Counted from the stretch's first letter, positions 1-9,747 are shown. The stretch is 49,246 nucleotides of DNA from Thermoplasmata archaeon (GCA_021787125.1 JAJYMI010000089.1:1-49246); one strand, 5' to 3'. Notes: a model not told the origin generated them from the sequence alone. Made by a program: numbers and translations.

Positions 1-150
1 TTGTCCATCATCGACATAGTTCAGTCTGATCCCTCTGTCTATCGTAGCATTGATGACTGAGCCACCGTACATATCAGGAAATGGGGAGACATCTGTTCCC
101 CCCCCACTGAAGCTTATTCGATAGGGACACACAACGGAGATCTTCTTCAT
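1..150 (-). CDS. GHMP-family sugar kinase (HddA/Agl4-like), 5' part only; runs off window
   Basis: Manual translation from ATG at 150: [41 protein letters not shown]; the RISxxGGGTD...GGxVxNATID N-terminus is typical of HddA/fucokinase-like GHMP kinases. Not in ORF track. Confidence 0.85.
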   Translation of the reverse strand, partial: MKKISVVCPYRISFSGGGTDVSPFPDMYGGSVINATIDRGIRLNYVDDGQ

Positions 151-266
151 GCCGTACAATCATGAAGAAAACCAATCTTATTAATGGTGATGCAAGATCG
201 AAAGCCAAGGGAATGGCCTAGGTTCAAGAAGTTAAAATTAAAATCGGTCAATGAAATCCGTTCACT

Positions 267-1436
267 ATGAGAGTTCTGATACTTGGAGTCGACGGTTACA
301 TTGGCTGGACTCTGGCACAGAGGCTCGCTTCAAAGGGACACGACATTTATGGGGCAGATAACTTCTTCACGAGAAAAAGAGTCAAAGAGGTCGGATCTGA
401 ATCCGTCCTGCCAATACCTCCCATGGGCACGAGGCTCAAGAGGTTTGGCGACTTCTACCGGAAGGACATCAAGTTCTTCAGAGGGAACGTGGCAGACCCT
501 GATTTCATGTACCGCCTGTTTGAAGAGGTACGACCAGATGCAGTTTACCACCTGGCAGAACAGCGGTCCGCACCATACTCCATGATTGGTCTAAAACAGG
601 CCAACGAGACGATGGTCAGCAATCTGGTCAGCACAATCAATCTGGTATATGCAGCAAAGGACCTCAATCCCAATATCCACATAATAAAACTGGGCACCAT
701 GGGAGAATATGGGACTCCGAACATAGACATAACTGAGGGGTTCATGGAGATAGAGTTCCGGGGGAGGAAGGACACCGTGCCATTCCCGAGGAACGCAAGC
801 TCCTGGTATCACTGGACGAAGGTGCACGACTCCAACAACCTCATGTTTGCGAACAGGATTTGGAAACTGAAAATAACCGACGTTATGCAGGGGGTCGTGT
901 ATGGGACTGCAACAAAGGAAATTGAGAAATCACGACTCTACACCAGGTTCGATATAGATGAGGTGTGGGGGACGGCGCTGAATAGATTTGCAGCGCAGGC
1001 AGTGGCAGGTCTCCCTATTACTCCATATGGCAAAGGGAACCAGAAGAGGGGGTTCCTCTCGCTGGAAGACAGCATCACCTGTCTGAACTTGGCTCTGGAA
1101 AAACCGCCCAAAGATGGCGAATACAGGGTACTGAATCAGTTTGACCAGTACTATTCAGTGAACTTCCTGGCAGAAACTGTCAGCGAAGTGTTCAAGGACA
1201 TCTCCGGCAAGTCACCTGAGATCAAACATGTAGATAATCCCAGAGTGGAGGCGGAGGAACACTATTACAATCCAGACCACAAGAAACTGTACGATCTCGG
1301 TTACAGGCCATCTGGAGATTTGAGAAAGGATATCGGAAAAATAATCACTGACCTGCTGGATCACAAGGAGAAGTGCAAGGAACTGAAGAAGGTAATAATG
1401 CCCAGGACATTCTGGAGAAAGAGCTCAGGGCTCTGA
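267..1436 (+). CDS. agl3: UDP-sulfoquinovose synthase (SqdB/SQD1/Agl3)
   Basis: GxDGYxG Rossmann start, AEQRSAPYSM, KLGTMGEYGTPN, YHWTKVHDS, QGVVYG and NPRVEAEEHYY motifs characteristic of SQD1/SqdB. Confidence 0.95.
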   Translation: MRVLILGVDGYIGWTLAQRLASKGHDIYGADNFFTRKRVKEVGSESVLPIPPMGTRLKRFGDFYRKDIKFFRGNVADPDFMYRLFEEVRPDAVYHLAEQRSAPYSMIGLKQANETMVSNLVSTINLVYAAKDLNPNIHIIKLGTMGEYGTPNIDITEGFMEIEFRGRKDTVPFPRNASSWYHWTKVHDSNNLMFANRIWKLKITDVMQGVVYGTATKEIEKSRLYTRFDIDEVWGTALNRFAAQAVAGLPITPYGKGNQKRGFLSLEDSITCLNLALEKPPKDGEYRVLNQFDQYYSVNFLAETVSEVFKDISGKSPEIKHVDNPRVEAEEHYYNPDHKKLYDLGYRPSGDLRKDIGKIITDLLDHKEKCKELKKVIMPRTFWRKSSGL

Positions 1437-2192
1437 ACCGCCACTTTGCCCTGACTCCTTGACCGCGTGTCTATAGGTCGCTTCGAGAACGAGTCTGTAA
1501 TCTTCTGCCCGACCGACGCTCACCCAGGAGCGGCTTGGCACTTCAATCGCTTCAAACTTTGTTCCTGATTTAATCGCTGCAGCTATTGCATCCGTCAACT
1601 CCGCCTTCCCGTCTTTGTAAGATATGAGGTCGAATATCTGGGGCGGCAGATAGTACAGAGCGCACAGCGCGTAATTGGATGGTGGATTCACTGGTTTTTC
1701 GACGACTGCTGTCACTTCCTTGAGGTCTCTTTCATCAGAAAGTACAGCAACACCGTACCTCCTCGGATTGTCCACTCTCATTACGAATAGCTTCCATTTT
1801 CCGTCGATCTCAGCACCTCTGAGTACCTCCCGGTATCTATCGATATCGAGAACCATTCCATCCCCTGCTGCCAGAAGAAATCCCTCACCCTCTGCGAACT
1901 CTCTCGCTGCAAGGACAGCATCTCCGAATCCCCTCCTCTCATTCTGGAAGTAGATTTTCACCGAGGGAAAGATTCTCCTCAGATAGTTTTGGGTTAGAGT
2001 ATCTGATGGGTCCAGAACGACTGCGATATCTTCGATTCCGATTTTCTCAAGTTTGGTCATGAGAACGTCGATTATCGGTCTCAATATGAGCGAGCCGCTC
2101 CTGAAATCATAGACGTTCAGGAGTTCCTTTCTTACCAGTCCATTCAGGCCCGACCTCTTTCCAAGACCCGCGGCCGTTATGATCGCCTTCAT
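1425..2192 (-). CDS. Sugar-1-phosphate nucleotidyltransferase (Agl2/RmlA/GalU-like)
   Basis: AAGLGKR...KELL N-terminal motif, QxxxxGFGDAV, YGVA, VEKP, ELTDAI. Confidence 0.85.
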   Translation of the reverse strand: MKAIITAAGLGKRSGLNGLVRKELLNVYDFRSGSLILRPIIDVLMTKLEKIGIEDIAVVLDPSDTLTQNYLRRIFPSVKIYFQNERRGFGDAVLAAREFAEGEGFLLAAGDGMVLDIDRYREVLRGAEIDGKWKLFVMRVDNPRRYGVAVLSDERDLKEVTAVVEKPVNPPSNYALCALYYLPPQIFDLISYKDGKAELTDAIAAAIKSGTKFEAIEVPSRSWVSVGRAEDYRLVLEATYRHAVKESGQSGGSEP

Positions 2193-2323
2193 TTTCTAAA
2201 GAGGAAATGAGCAAATTGTATAAAACCTAAACTAGTCATTTCATAACGCGTGAGGTGAACACAACGAGCACCGTCATCTTTGATAATAGACTATATTTTA
2301 AACGGTGAAAGGATAGGGGTGAG

Positions 2324-3283
2324 GTGACATCATCATTCCTTCCCGTATCAGAGGTTGCCGGGGGAATTGTGATGCTGATTGTGAGTTCATTCATTCTCAC
2401 TCTCACGATAGAAGAAATTGGCAAGAGGGGGAAATTCACCGAAAGATTCACCGGAACTGTGATCAGCCCGATCTTCACTGCCATGCCAGAACTGGTCATA
2501 ATTATCATAGCCCTGGTACTGGTCGGAAAAGAGCCAGGCTCGGAGGTAGCCGCAGGGACGATAATAGGCGAACCGTTCATGGTTTCAGCAATAGGTTTTC
2601 CAGTAGTGGCCCTGACTCTTCTTTTGGTCAGAAGAAAGAGGAAGATAGAAGCCATCGACCCAATCCTGTCAAAGTCTCTCATATACTTCGGACTCGTCTT
2701 TCCGATAATGCTTATCCCGCTGTTCTTCGGTTTTGTGGCAGTAAGGATAACAGTTGCGGCCGTGTTAGTTCTTCTCTATTTGGTGTTCCTTCTGTTTGTG
2801 AAGGGAAAGGAGACGTTTGAAGAGGAAGCCACCTCTATCAGGATAAGGAATAGGGCGCTGTTATCATTGATTGTAGCATCCGGAGTCGTCCTCCTAATAG
2901 GCGGATCGACAATGCTCGTTCAAGGAATAGACAGTCTTTCTTTGCAGACCGGAATAAACCGGGAACTGATTACAATCCTGCTGGTCCCGATAGGCACAAT
3001 CGTTCCAGAAACAATGAATGCGATCATATGGGCCCTGAGGAGCAAGACGAGTCTCGCAATAGGAGCAATGGCTGGAGAGGAGATGTATTTTGCAACATTC
3101 TTCCCCGCACTAGGTATCCTGGCGAGCCAGTGGGTAGTAACTTTCAATGGTATCGTAGCCATACTGCTTACCTCTTCATTCTCTATAGCACTAGGTCTGA
3201 TCACTTATAGATTCAGGAATGCAGTTTATGTCTACGTAATCTATCTTGCATCTTTTCTGATATTTCTGTTGTTCATTTACTAA
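2324..3283 (+). CDS. Cation/Ca2+ antiporter family membrane protein (YrbG/Na-Ca exchanger-like)
   Basis: About 10 hydrophobic segments in two repeats with alpha-repeat-like motifs FTAMPEL and GTIVPET. Confidence 0.75.
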   Translation: MTSSFLPVSEVAGGIVMLIVSSFILTLTIEEIGKRGKFTERFTGTVISPIFTAMPELVIIIIALVLVGKEPGSEVAAGTIIGEPFMVSAIGFPVVALTLLLVRRKRKIEAIDPILSKSLIYFGLVFPIMLIPLFFGFVAVRITVAAVLVLLYLVFLLFVKGKETFEEEATSIRIRNRALLSLIVASGVVLLIGGSTMLVQGIDSLSLQTGINRELITILLVPIGTIVPETMNAIIWALRSKTSLAIGAMAGEEMYFATFFPALGILASQWVVTFNGIVAILLTSSFSIALGLITYRFRNAVYVYVIYLASFLIFLLFIY

Positions 3284-3343
3284 TTTTTGGGTAAATCCAA
3301 TAAAATAGGAAATGTTAAAATATTGTCCCTGACTAACGGAAAT

Positions 3344-4003
3344 ATGACCGACCTATCTGGATCATCGCTCTCGAATATAAAAGAGAGACTTCTGAATGGA
3401 TCCCCATTGATAGTTTACGATTTTGATGGCAGAGAAGAGGAGGCGGATATGGTATTTTACGCCGGGGCAGTGACCTGGAAATCGATCAACCAGCTGAGGA
3501 AGGATGCTGGAGGGCTCATATGTTACGTTACCGGAAGGGACGAAGCGGGCACGATCGGACTGAACTTCCTTACGGACGAGTGGAGGAAACATCCGGTTTA
3601 CCAGAACCTCATCAAGAAGCCCTCCTACGGTGACTACCCCTCGTTTATGATGTGGGTCAACCACGTTTCAGTCGGTACCGGAATCTCAGATTCTGACAGA
3701 GCAAACACGATAAGAGAACTTCACAATCTACTGACAGACCATGTACAAAACAAGGGAGAATACTTCCTGAAAAATTTCTATGCGCCAGGCCACGTTCCTG
3801 TGCTCGCGTCCAGAGGACTGGACGAGAGAAAAGGACACACAGAACTTGTATCACACATCGCAGATCTCGTGGGTCTTCCGAGGAGCATGGTCATAGCAGA
3901 AATGCTCGGAGACGGAAAGAGCCTGAAGAGAGCTGGAGCAGAAGAATACGCTTCTAGGAACAACCTGATATTTCTGGAAGGAAAAGAGATAATAAAGAGT
4001 TGA
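3344..4003 (+). CDS. ribB: 3,4-dihydroxy-2-butanone 4-phosphate synthase
   Basis: YDFDGREEEADM, DAGGLIC, TGISDSDRA, PGHVP, RxGHTE and AEML motifs; ATG at 3344 preferred over the ORF-track TTG at 3287. Confidence 0.93.
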   Translation: MTDLSGSSLSNIKERLLNGSPLIVYDFDGREEEADMVFYAGAVTWKSINQLRKDAGGLICYVTGRDEAGTIGLNFLTDEWRKHPVYQNLIKKPSYGDYPSFMMWVNHVSVGTGISDSDRANTIRELHNLLTDHVQNKGEYFLKNFYAPGHVPVLASRGLDERKGHTELVSHIADLVGLPRSMVIAEMLGDGKSLKRAGAEEYASRNNLIFLEGKEIIKS

Positions 4004-4479
4004 GCAAGATGACGAAGTACGGAATCGTTGATACAACTTTCTCACGGGTGGATATGGGCAGGTTTGCATACGAAATTATACGGAAAGAAGACCCGGACGG
4101 AGAGATACTGCGATACACAGTTCCCGGCATAAAGGACATGCCCGTCGGAGCAACAAAGCTCTTTGAGCAGGGGTGTGAGGGTGTTATTACGCTTGGCTGG
4201 GTAGGGAAGACCAAGCTGGACAAGTACAGTTATCTCGCAACGAGCATCGGTCTGATTCAAGCACAATTGCTCGCCAAGAGGCACATAATGGACGTAACCA
4301 TACACGAGGATGAGGTGGAAGAATCCCAGCTGTTTGCGCTAGCAAAAGATAGGGCATCAAAGCACGCGGCAAACCTGGTGAAGCTGGTGAGAGATGGTGG
4401 GCGCTCTCTGTCGTCCATGGCCGGACAGGGATTGAGGCAAGGCTATAATAATGCAGGACAAATCCTGGGCGAGGATTAA
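4000..4479 (+). CDS. ribC: Archaeal riboflavin synthase
   Basis: [29 protein letters not shown] and GLRQG motifs; lies between ribB and ribH; alternative ATG at 4009. Confidence 0.93.
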   Translation: MSKMTKYGIVDTTFSRVDMGRFAYEIIRKEDPDGEILRYTVPGIKDMPVGATKLFEQGCEGVITLGWVGKTKLDKYSYLATSIGLIQAQLLAKRHIMDVTIHEDEVEESQLFALAKDRASKHAANLVKLVRDGGRSLSSMAGQGLRQGYNNAGQILGED

Positions 4480-4480
4480 C

Positions 4481-4891
4481 ATGCCAAGAATTGGACTAGT
4501 TGTTTCTGACTTCAACTACGACATAACGTCTCTAATGCACAAGAAGGCCGAGGAGCAATCCGAACTCCTGGGCTTTGAGCACGAGTCCATCAGGGTCCCA
4601 GGCGTCTTCGATATGCCGCTGGCGGTGAAGCTGCTTCTGAAGAAGAAGAGCATCGATGGAGTTGCTCTTATAGGGGCAGTGATAAAGGGGGAAACAAGGC
4701 ACGACGATCTTGTGATAAATCAATCGGTCAGAAAGATAGTCGACCTGTCCAACGAGTATGAGAAACCAGTCACGATAGGAATAATCGGACCCGGAGCTGA
4801 GCACGACCAGGCAGTGGCGAGGATTGAGGAATACTCTACAAGGGCTGTGGAATCTCTGGCAAAACTGCTAAAGGCATTCAAGAAGAACTGA
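4481..4891 (+). CDS. ribH: 6,7-dimethyl-8-ribityllumazine synthase
   Basis: [22 protein letters not shown], [11 protein letters not shown] and [11 protein letters not shown]; ATG at 4481 directly after the ribC stop. Confidence 0.95.
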   Translation: MPRIGLVVSDFNYDITSLMHKKAEEQSELLGFEHESIRVPGVFDMPLAVKLLLKKKSIDGVALIGAVIKGETRHDDLVINQSVRKIVDLSNEYEKPVTIGIIGPGAEHDQAVARIEEYSTRAVESLAKLLKAFKKN

Positions 4892-5049
4892 CAAACAAGC
4901 CTAGTGCGGACGAACCCTCCTCAAACAGAAATATTCTAGGTCTCAAACCCGCCCACCAATCAGCAGCCTATCTAAGATAGTCCTGATGCAGAGGAAAGAG
5001 ATCGATCAAATCGATCAGAACTGGAAGACAAAATTAAGAAATAAAAAAA

Positions 5050-6666
5050 TTAAGTTGCGACAGCTTCTAGGTCATATACCGCTATGTTGAACTGCCCATT
5101 TCCACCGTTAATTGACATGGGAACGTTGTTCACGAGAGCGTTTAGAACAAGACTGTTCGAAGATCCGACAGGATTCTCAAGACTTACACTGCCTGCAAAT
5201 AAGAACTCGCTGTTGTTGGCTGAAGTTACTTGGCTCGTCAGTACTCCATATAGTGACGATTCAAGTCCTGCAATAGCTAATACGTCAGAGGCTAGATTTG
5301 CCCATCCAGATACGGGCGACCATCCATCAGCTGCAGCTATTACGCCTATAAATGAAAGAGCCATTCCAAAGAGTGAGTTTATGTAAGGCCAGACGTTGCT
5401 TGCTGATGAGGTCATAGTGTCTTCTATGGAAGACCATGACGAATTTTCTCCATTATACATTGAGTAATTGCTTGTTCCTATATAGGAAGACGAAATGAGA
5501 TATCTCTGAAGGTTGTGAGGCTCCATCAGAGACCACGTTGATCCTTGGGTCAGGTTCATTGAACCCATTTTAAACTGATTGTTACTTTGTACGTTAAGAG
5601 AAGAAATTTCGCTCATGTAATTGTAATCGTTGGACGGCTGGTAGCCTCCTGCGGTGTAAACATATAGCCTGAACTGGTCTAAAGTGACGGACCCAACAGC
5701 ATAAATCATAATTGCATGTGGAGGATTCTCGCTTAGAGGAAGGGCGTTAAAACCGATTATCCTATCTGCCCATATCCCGTTGACATAAGGAGAAGTATAA
5801 GAACTATTGGACAGTACTGAATAGGAAACAGAGCTACTGTTGTCGTTTACTTGGCCAGGATGGAAGAAGGTCTCTTGGGTCGTGGATCCCAAGAAAATAC
5901 TTAGATCGATTAACTCGTTGTTGTTGGAGAGGATAGAATTGTTTGCCCACGCTAAAGGAATGGTTTCATTGCTGATGGACGTCGACTTGATCAGAGACCA
6001 GAAATTGCTGTGGTTTCCTCCTCCGATTCCCAGAGGTAGGTCATTCGTTCCCACAATTGCCGGCGACGTTGTGGGAGAAATGTAAACGTATCCCTTCATT
6101 GATGAAAGAGACGGGTGATCTTGGAATGTCAGGTTGCTTAGATGGTGGTATCCGTATATCTTAGTCACATTAAGGAAATTGCCTGTAGGTAGAACGTAGA
6201 ATGCAGGGTCGAACGATACTACCACTGACTGATAGGAAATCACAGTCGTTGAATTTTCAGTGTAGTAGTAAGAGACCTCTGCTACGAAGGACGTCATCGC
6301 TCCCAAGTTTCCAGTGTGCATAAAGTAGGACGTCCAGTTATCCGCAATAGAATAGAAACCGTAGGACAGGTTTGAGATAAGATCTCCCGTTGAGTTGGTT
6401 GTTCCATTGAAGAGAGGTGTGATGTTTGCGTAAGATTGCAACCCGGTGCTTACTGTGGGCGAGGGGTTTACGTAGATCTGAACAGACGCATAGAGAAACT
6501 GTACAGAAGTTTCGTTGAGACTTGAGGAGGTAGGAGCGACGGACAGCACAAGTCCAGGTCCCAATTCCCTAGAGGGCTGACTTGAAGAGTGTTCGTAAAG
6601 TCCTATTCCCAAAGACAGGGATGCAACCACCAAAATTGCAACTACGACTACTACCGTTCTATTCAC
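5050..6666 (-). CDS. Large secreted/membrane-anchored Ser/Thr/Asn-rich protein, function unknown
   Basis: 538-aa ORF with N-terminal hydrophobic signal/anchor, about 18 N-X-S/T sequons counted by eye, few charged residues and a hydrophobic hairpin near the C-terminus. Confidence 0.8.
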   Translation of the reverse strand: MNRTVVVVVAILVVASLSLGIGLYEHSSSQPSRELGPGLVLSVAPTSSSLNETSVQFLYASVQIYVNPSPTVSTGLQSYANITPLFNGTTNSTGDLISNLSYGFYSIADNWTSYFMHTGNLGAMTSFVAEVSYYYTENSTTVISYQSVVVSFDPAFYVLPTGNFLNVTKIYGYHHLSNLTFQDHPSLSSMKGYVYISPTTSPAIVGTNDLPLGIGGGNHSNFWSLIKSTSISNETIPLAWANNSILSNNNELIDLSIFLGSTTQETFFHPGQVNDNSSSVSYSVLSNSSYTSPYVNGIWADRIIGFNALPLSENPPHAIMIYAVGSVTLDQFRLYVYTAGGYQPSNDYNYMSEISSLNVQSNNQFKMGSMNLTQGSTWSLMEPHNLQRYLISSSYIGTSNYSMYNGENSSWSSIEDTMTSSASNVWPYINSLFGMALSFIGVIAAADGWSPVSGWANLASDVLAIAGLESSLYGVLTSQVTSANNSEFLFAGSVSLENPVGSSNSLVLNALVNNVPMSINGGNGQFNIAVYDLEAVAT

Positions 6667-6705
6667 AAATCAACTCTTGAATTCCGTTTAAAATTGTTTC
6701 GTAGC

Positions 6706-6720
6706 AAAAAAAAAACAAAA
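6706..6720 (-). terminator. Oligo-T tract (TTTTGTTTTTTTTTT on minus strand), probable archaeal terminator after the 69-aa ORF
   Basis: A10-C-A4 run on the plus strand downstream of the minus-strand ORF 6832-7041. Confidence 0.4.
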
Positions 6721-6831
6721 TCGGGAGAATATTTTAACTAGACTGGGTAAGTTTGACTGGACCATTGTCTTTACCACAGATTTTAAGAATTAAGAATAAC
6801 AACTCGCTGAAATGCTGCTCCAATCAGAGTC

Positions 6832-7041
6832 CTAGACAATAATCACAACAATCCACAAGACCAAAAGCAGGTAAAGGATAGTATACATTATCCAGTGCTC
6901 TCTTTGAAACTTCAGATTAGCCCTGAAGACGGTATCCATACTCGTATCAAGGTTGTCATTATATATTTTCCATACGATCCCATAGTAGATGATCAGAACG
7001 ACCGTAACGAAAATCGATAGGGCTAGATTCATCCGATTCAT
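6832..7041 (-). CDS. Small two-TM membrane protein
   Basis: 69 aa with two clear hydrophobic helices; TTATAT TATA-like box about 21-26 nt upstream on the minus strand. Confidence 0.65.
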   Translation of the reverse strand: MNRMNLALSIFVTVVLIIYYGIVWKIYNDNLDTSMDTVFRANLKFQREHWIMYTILYLLLVLWIVVIIV

Positions 7042-7160
7042 CGAGTCAATTTAAGAAAGAGATATAACGTCTTCTTAATGCCCTGAGGAATTTTTCAAGA
7101 GTTCAAAAAGCACCAGAAGTGGATAAGAACATTTTTTTAATTCAAGGCTATCTGAACTAA

Positions 7161-9713
7161 ATGCCATACGACTTCAAAGAGAGCGAAAAGAAGTGGAGCA
7201 ACTTCTGGGACGAAGAGCGGATATTCCAGTACAACTTCAATTCCAGTAAACCCACATACAGCATCGACACACCCCCCAGGTACGCCTCTGGCAAGATGCA
7301 CATAGGGCACGCGTTCCACTATTCTCACATAGACATGGTTGCGAAGTATCACAGGATAAAAGGAGAAGAGGTATTCTTTCCCCTCTGTTTTGATGTCAAC
7401 GGTATGCCGATAGAAGTCAACGTGGAGAAGAAGTACGGCATAAAGATGAGGGAGTACGATAGACAGAAGTTTGTCAAACTGTGTGAAGAGTTTGCTGAGG
7501 CAAACATCAATACGATGATCGGTCAGTTCAGATCTCTCGGCATAACCGCAGATCCCTCGCTTTACTTCAAGACGGACTCGGAGATGTACAGAAAGTACAC
7601 TCAGATATCTTTCATTAGGATGTATGAGAAAGGCCTCGCCTACAAGGGGAAGCATCCAGTCAACTGGTGTCCTCGCTGCGAAACCGCGATAGCGGAATCC
7701 GAGATCGTATACGAGGAGAGGGACGTTTTCCTCAACGACATTAAGTTCAAGGGGGACGATGTGGAGCTCGTTATCTCCACCACAAGACCCGAACTGATCC
7801 CTGCCTGCGTTGCCATCGCAGTCAACCCCAGGGACGAGCGGTACGCCGGTTCTGTGGGTAAGAAAGTCAGACTGCCTATATTTGGCAAGACGGTATCGGT
7901 CATAACAGACGAAGACGTCCTGACTGACTTTGGAACGGGTGCAGAGATGGTGTGTTCAGTAGGCGATAAAGCAGATCTGAAGATGATCTACAAGCACTCG
8001 CTGCCATTTCTCAAGAGCATCGATGAGCAGGGAAGATTGACAGAGATAGCTGGAATCTACACCGGTATCCCTGTGAAGGAAGCCAAGAAGAAGATTGTCG
8101 AAGACCTGAAACTGTCAGGGAACTTCGTTTCCAATAAGCAGATCAAGCAAAATGTTGGGACCTGCTGGCGCTGCGGGACACCGTTAGAATTCTTGCAGAA
8201 AGAACAGTGGTTCATCAAATCTATAGATTTCAAGAATGACCTCAAGAAATGGTCAGAGAAATTGGACTGGCACCCGCTTTTCATGAAGAAGAGACTGGAT
8301 GACTGGATTGACTCACTTTCCTGGGACTGGGTGGTTTCCAGGCAGAGATACTTCGCAACTCCCATTCCGGTCTGGGAATGTGAGAATGGCCACCCAGTCG
8401 TAGCCAAGGAAGAACAGTGCTACGTTGACCCACTGATCGATCCTGCACCTACCGCGGAGTGTCCAGTGTGTCACCTGCCGCTGAAGGGATCGGAGGAGGT
8501 ATTTGACACATGGATGGATTCTTCAATCTCACCTCTTTTTAATTCCTTCTATGTCCGTGACGAGAAACTGTTCTCAAATCTCTATCCAATGTCACTTCGT
8601 CCTCAGGGACAGGACATCATAAGGACATGGGCATATTACAGTCTGCTCAGGGGAAATCTGCTGACTGGAGAGAATCCCTGGAAGAACATAATGATAGATG
8701 GAAACATTATGGCACCAGATGGAAGACCTATGCACGCTTCGTGGGGAAACGTGGTGGATCCGAACCTGCTTCTCGACAAGTACGGCGCAGATGCATTCAG
8801 ATATTTCACAGCATCTTGTTCGCTGGGTGAAGATACGGCATTCAGGGAAAGGGACCTGATAAGGGGCCAGAGACTAATGAACAAGATATTCAACCTCGTG
8901 AGTTTCTTGGAATTCTATAGGGGGAAACAAACAGAAAAAGATGAGCTGCGGCCCGCAGATCACTGGATTATGAGACAAATGAATAGCACGATAGAACAGG
9001 TCGGAGAAGCAATGAACAATTTCGAATTCGATCGGGCTATCAGATCTGTGGAATCATTCATCTGGCACGATGTAGCAGATAACTACGTCGAGATCGTAAA
9101 GCATAGAATTAGTGGTTTCAAGACATATGAAACGATCTACCGGGTTCTGCTCACATCCATCACTCTGATGGCTCCTATCTTCCCATTTATCTCCGAGGAT
9201 TCATACCAGAGAATGTTCAGGGTCACTGAAGGGGAAAAGAGCATCTTCGACCTTCAATTCCCCAACAAGGTCTCGTTCAGTGAGGAGGAAGCAGCGAAGG
9301 GAGAGACCACCGTGGAAGCAATCTCTATGATGAGAGACCTGAAGGTGAAGGACAAGATCTCTCTTTCAGAGGAGATCGGGTCAGCATCCATTCTGACCTC
9401 TTCTGAAATAAGGCTCGATGAGGAAGATTTGCGCAGTACAATAAGGGCAGTGAATCTCTCTTTTGAGAAGGGGTCTGTGGAGGAGAGAATAGTATCAATA
9501 AAACTCACCCCAGAGATCTACACACTGCTGAGGGAGAACGCAGAAGTCTTCATTGGGAAGCTTAAGGAAGACCCGTCGCTTCTCGAAGAGCCAAATGTGG
9601 AGTTTGAAGGAAGGAAGATCGAAACAAGCCAAGTGATAGTGACGAGATCGTATTCCATTCAGGGAAGGAACGTGAACTGTGGAAATGGCTTCTGTGTTTC
9701 TATCTCAAAATGA
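7161..9713 (+). CDS. valS: Valine--tRNA ligase (archaeal type)
   Basis: IDTPP...HIGH, VNWCPRCETAIA, STTRPEL, WDWVVSRQRYFATPIP, DTWMDSS and LRPQGQDIIRTW; KMSKS position reads PMHAS. Confidence 0.97.
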   Translation: MPYDFKESEKKWSNFWDEERIFQYNFNSSKPTYSIDTPPRYASGKMHIGHAFHYSHIDMVAKYHRIKGEEVFFPLCFDVNGMPIEVNVEKKYGIKMREYDRQKFVKLCEEFAEANINTMIGQFRSLGITADPSLYFKTDSEMYRKYTQISFIRMYEKGLAYKGKHPVNWCPRCETAIAESEIVYEERDVFLNDIKFKGDDVELVISTTRPELIPACVAIAVNPRDERYAGSVGKKVRLPIFGKTVSVITDEDVLTDFGTGAEMVCSVGDKADLKMIYKHSLPFLKSIDEQGRLTEIAGIYTGIPVKEAKKKIVEDLKLSGNFVSNKQIKQNVGTCWRCGTPLEFLQKEQWFIKSIDFKNDLKKWSEKLDWHPLFMKKRLDDWIDSLSWDWVVSRQRYFATPIPVWECENGHPVVAKEEQCYVDPLIDPAPTAECPVCHLPLKGSEEVFDTWMDSSISPLFNSFYVRDEKLFSNLYPMSLRPQGQDIIRTWAYYSLLRGNLLTGENPWKNIMIDGNIMAPDGRPMHASWGNVVDPNLLLDKYGADAFRYFTASCSLGEDTAFRERDLIRGQRLMNKIFNLVSFLEFYRGKQTEKDELRPADHWIMRQMNSTIEQVGEAMNNFEFDRAIRSVESFIWHDVADNYVEIVKHRISGFKTYETIYRVLLTSITLMAPIFPFISEDSYQRMFRVTEGEKSIFDLQFPNKVSFSEEEAAKGETTVEAISMMRDLKVKDKISLSEEIGSASILTSSEIRLDEEDLRSTIRAVNLSFEKGSVEERIVSIKLTPEIYTLLRENAEVFIGKLKEDPSLLEEPNVEFEGRKIETSQVIVTRSYSIQGRNVNCGNGFCVSISK

Positions 9714-9747
9714 CAAATGATTTATTTGAATAAAGGGTACCCATTCA

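Noticed and set aside
4892-5049. Short palindromes (CTATCTAAGATAG, GATCGATC) between ribH and the secreted-protein gene
   Set aside because: Too short; no tRNA, att site or terminal repeat supporting an integrated element
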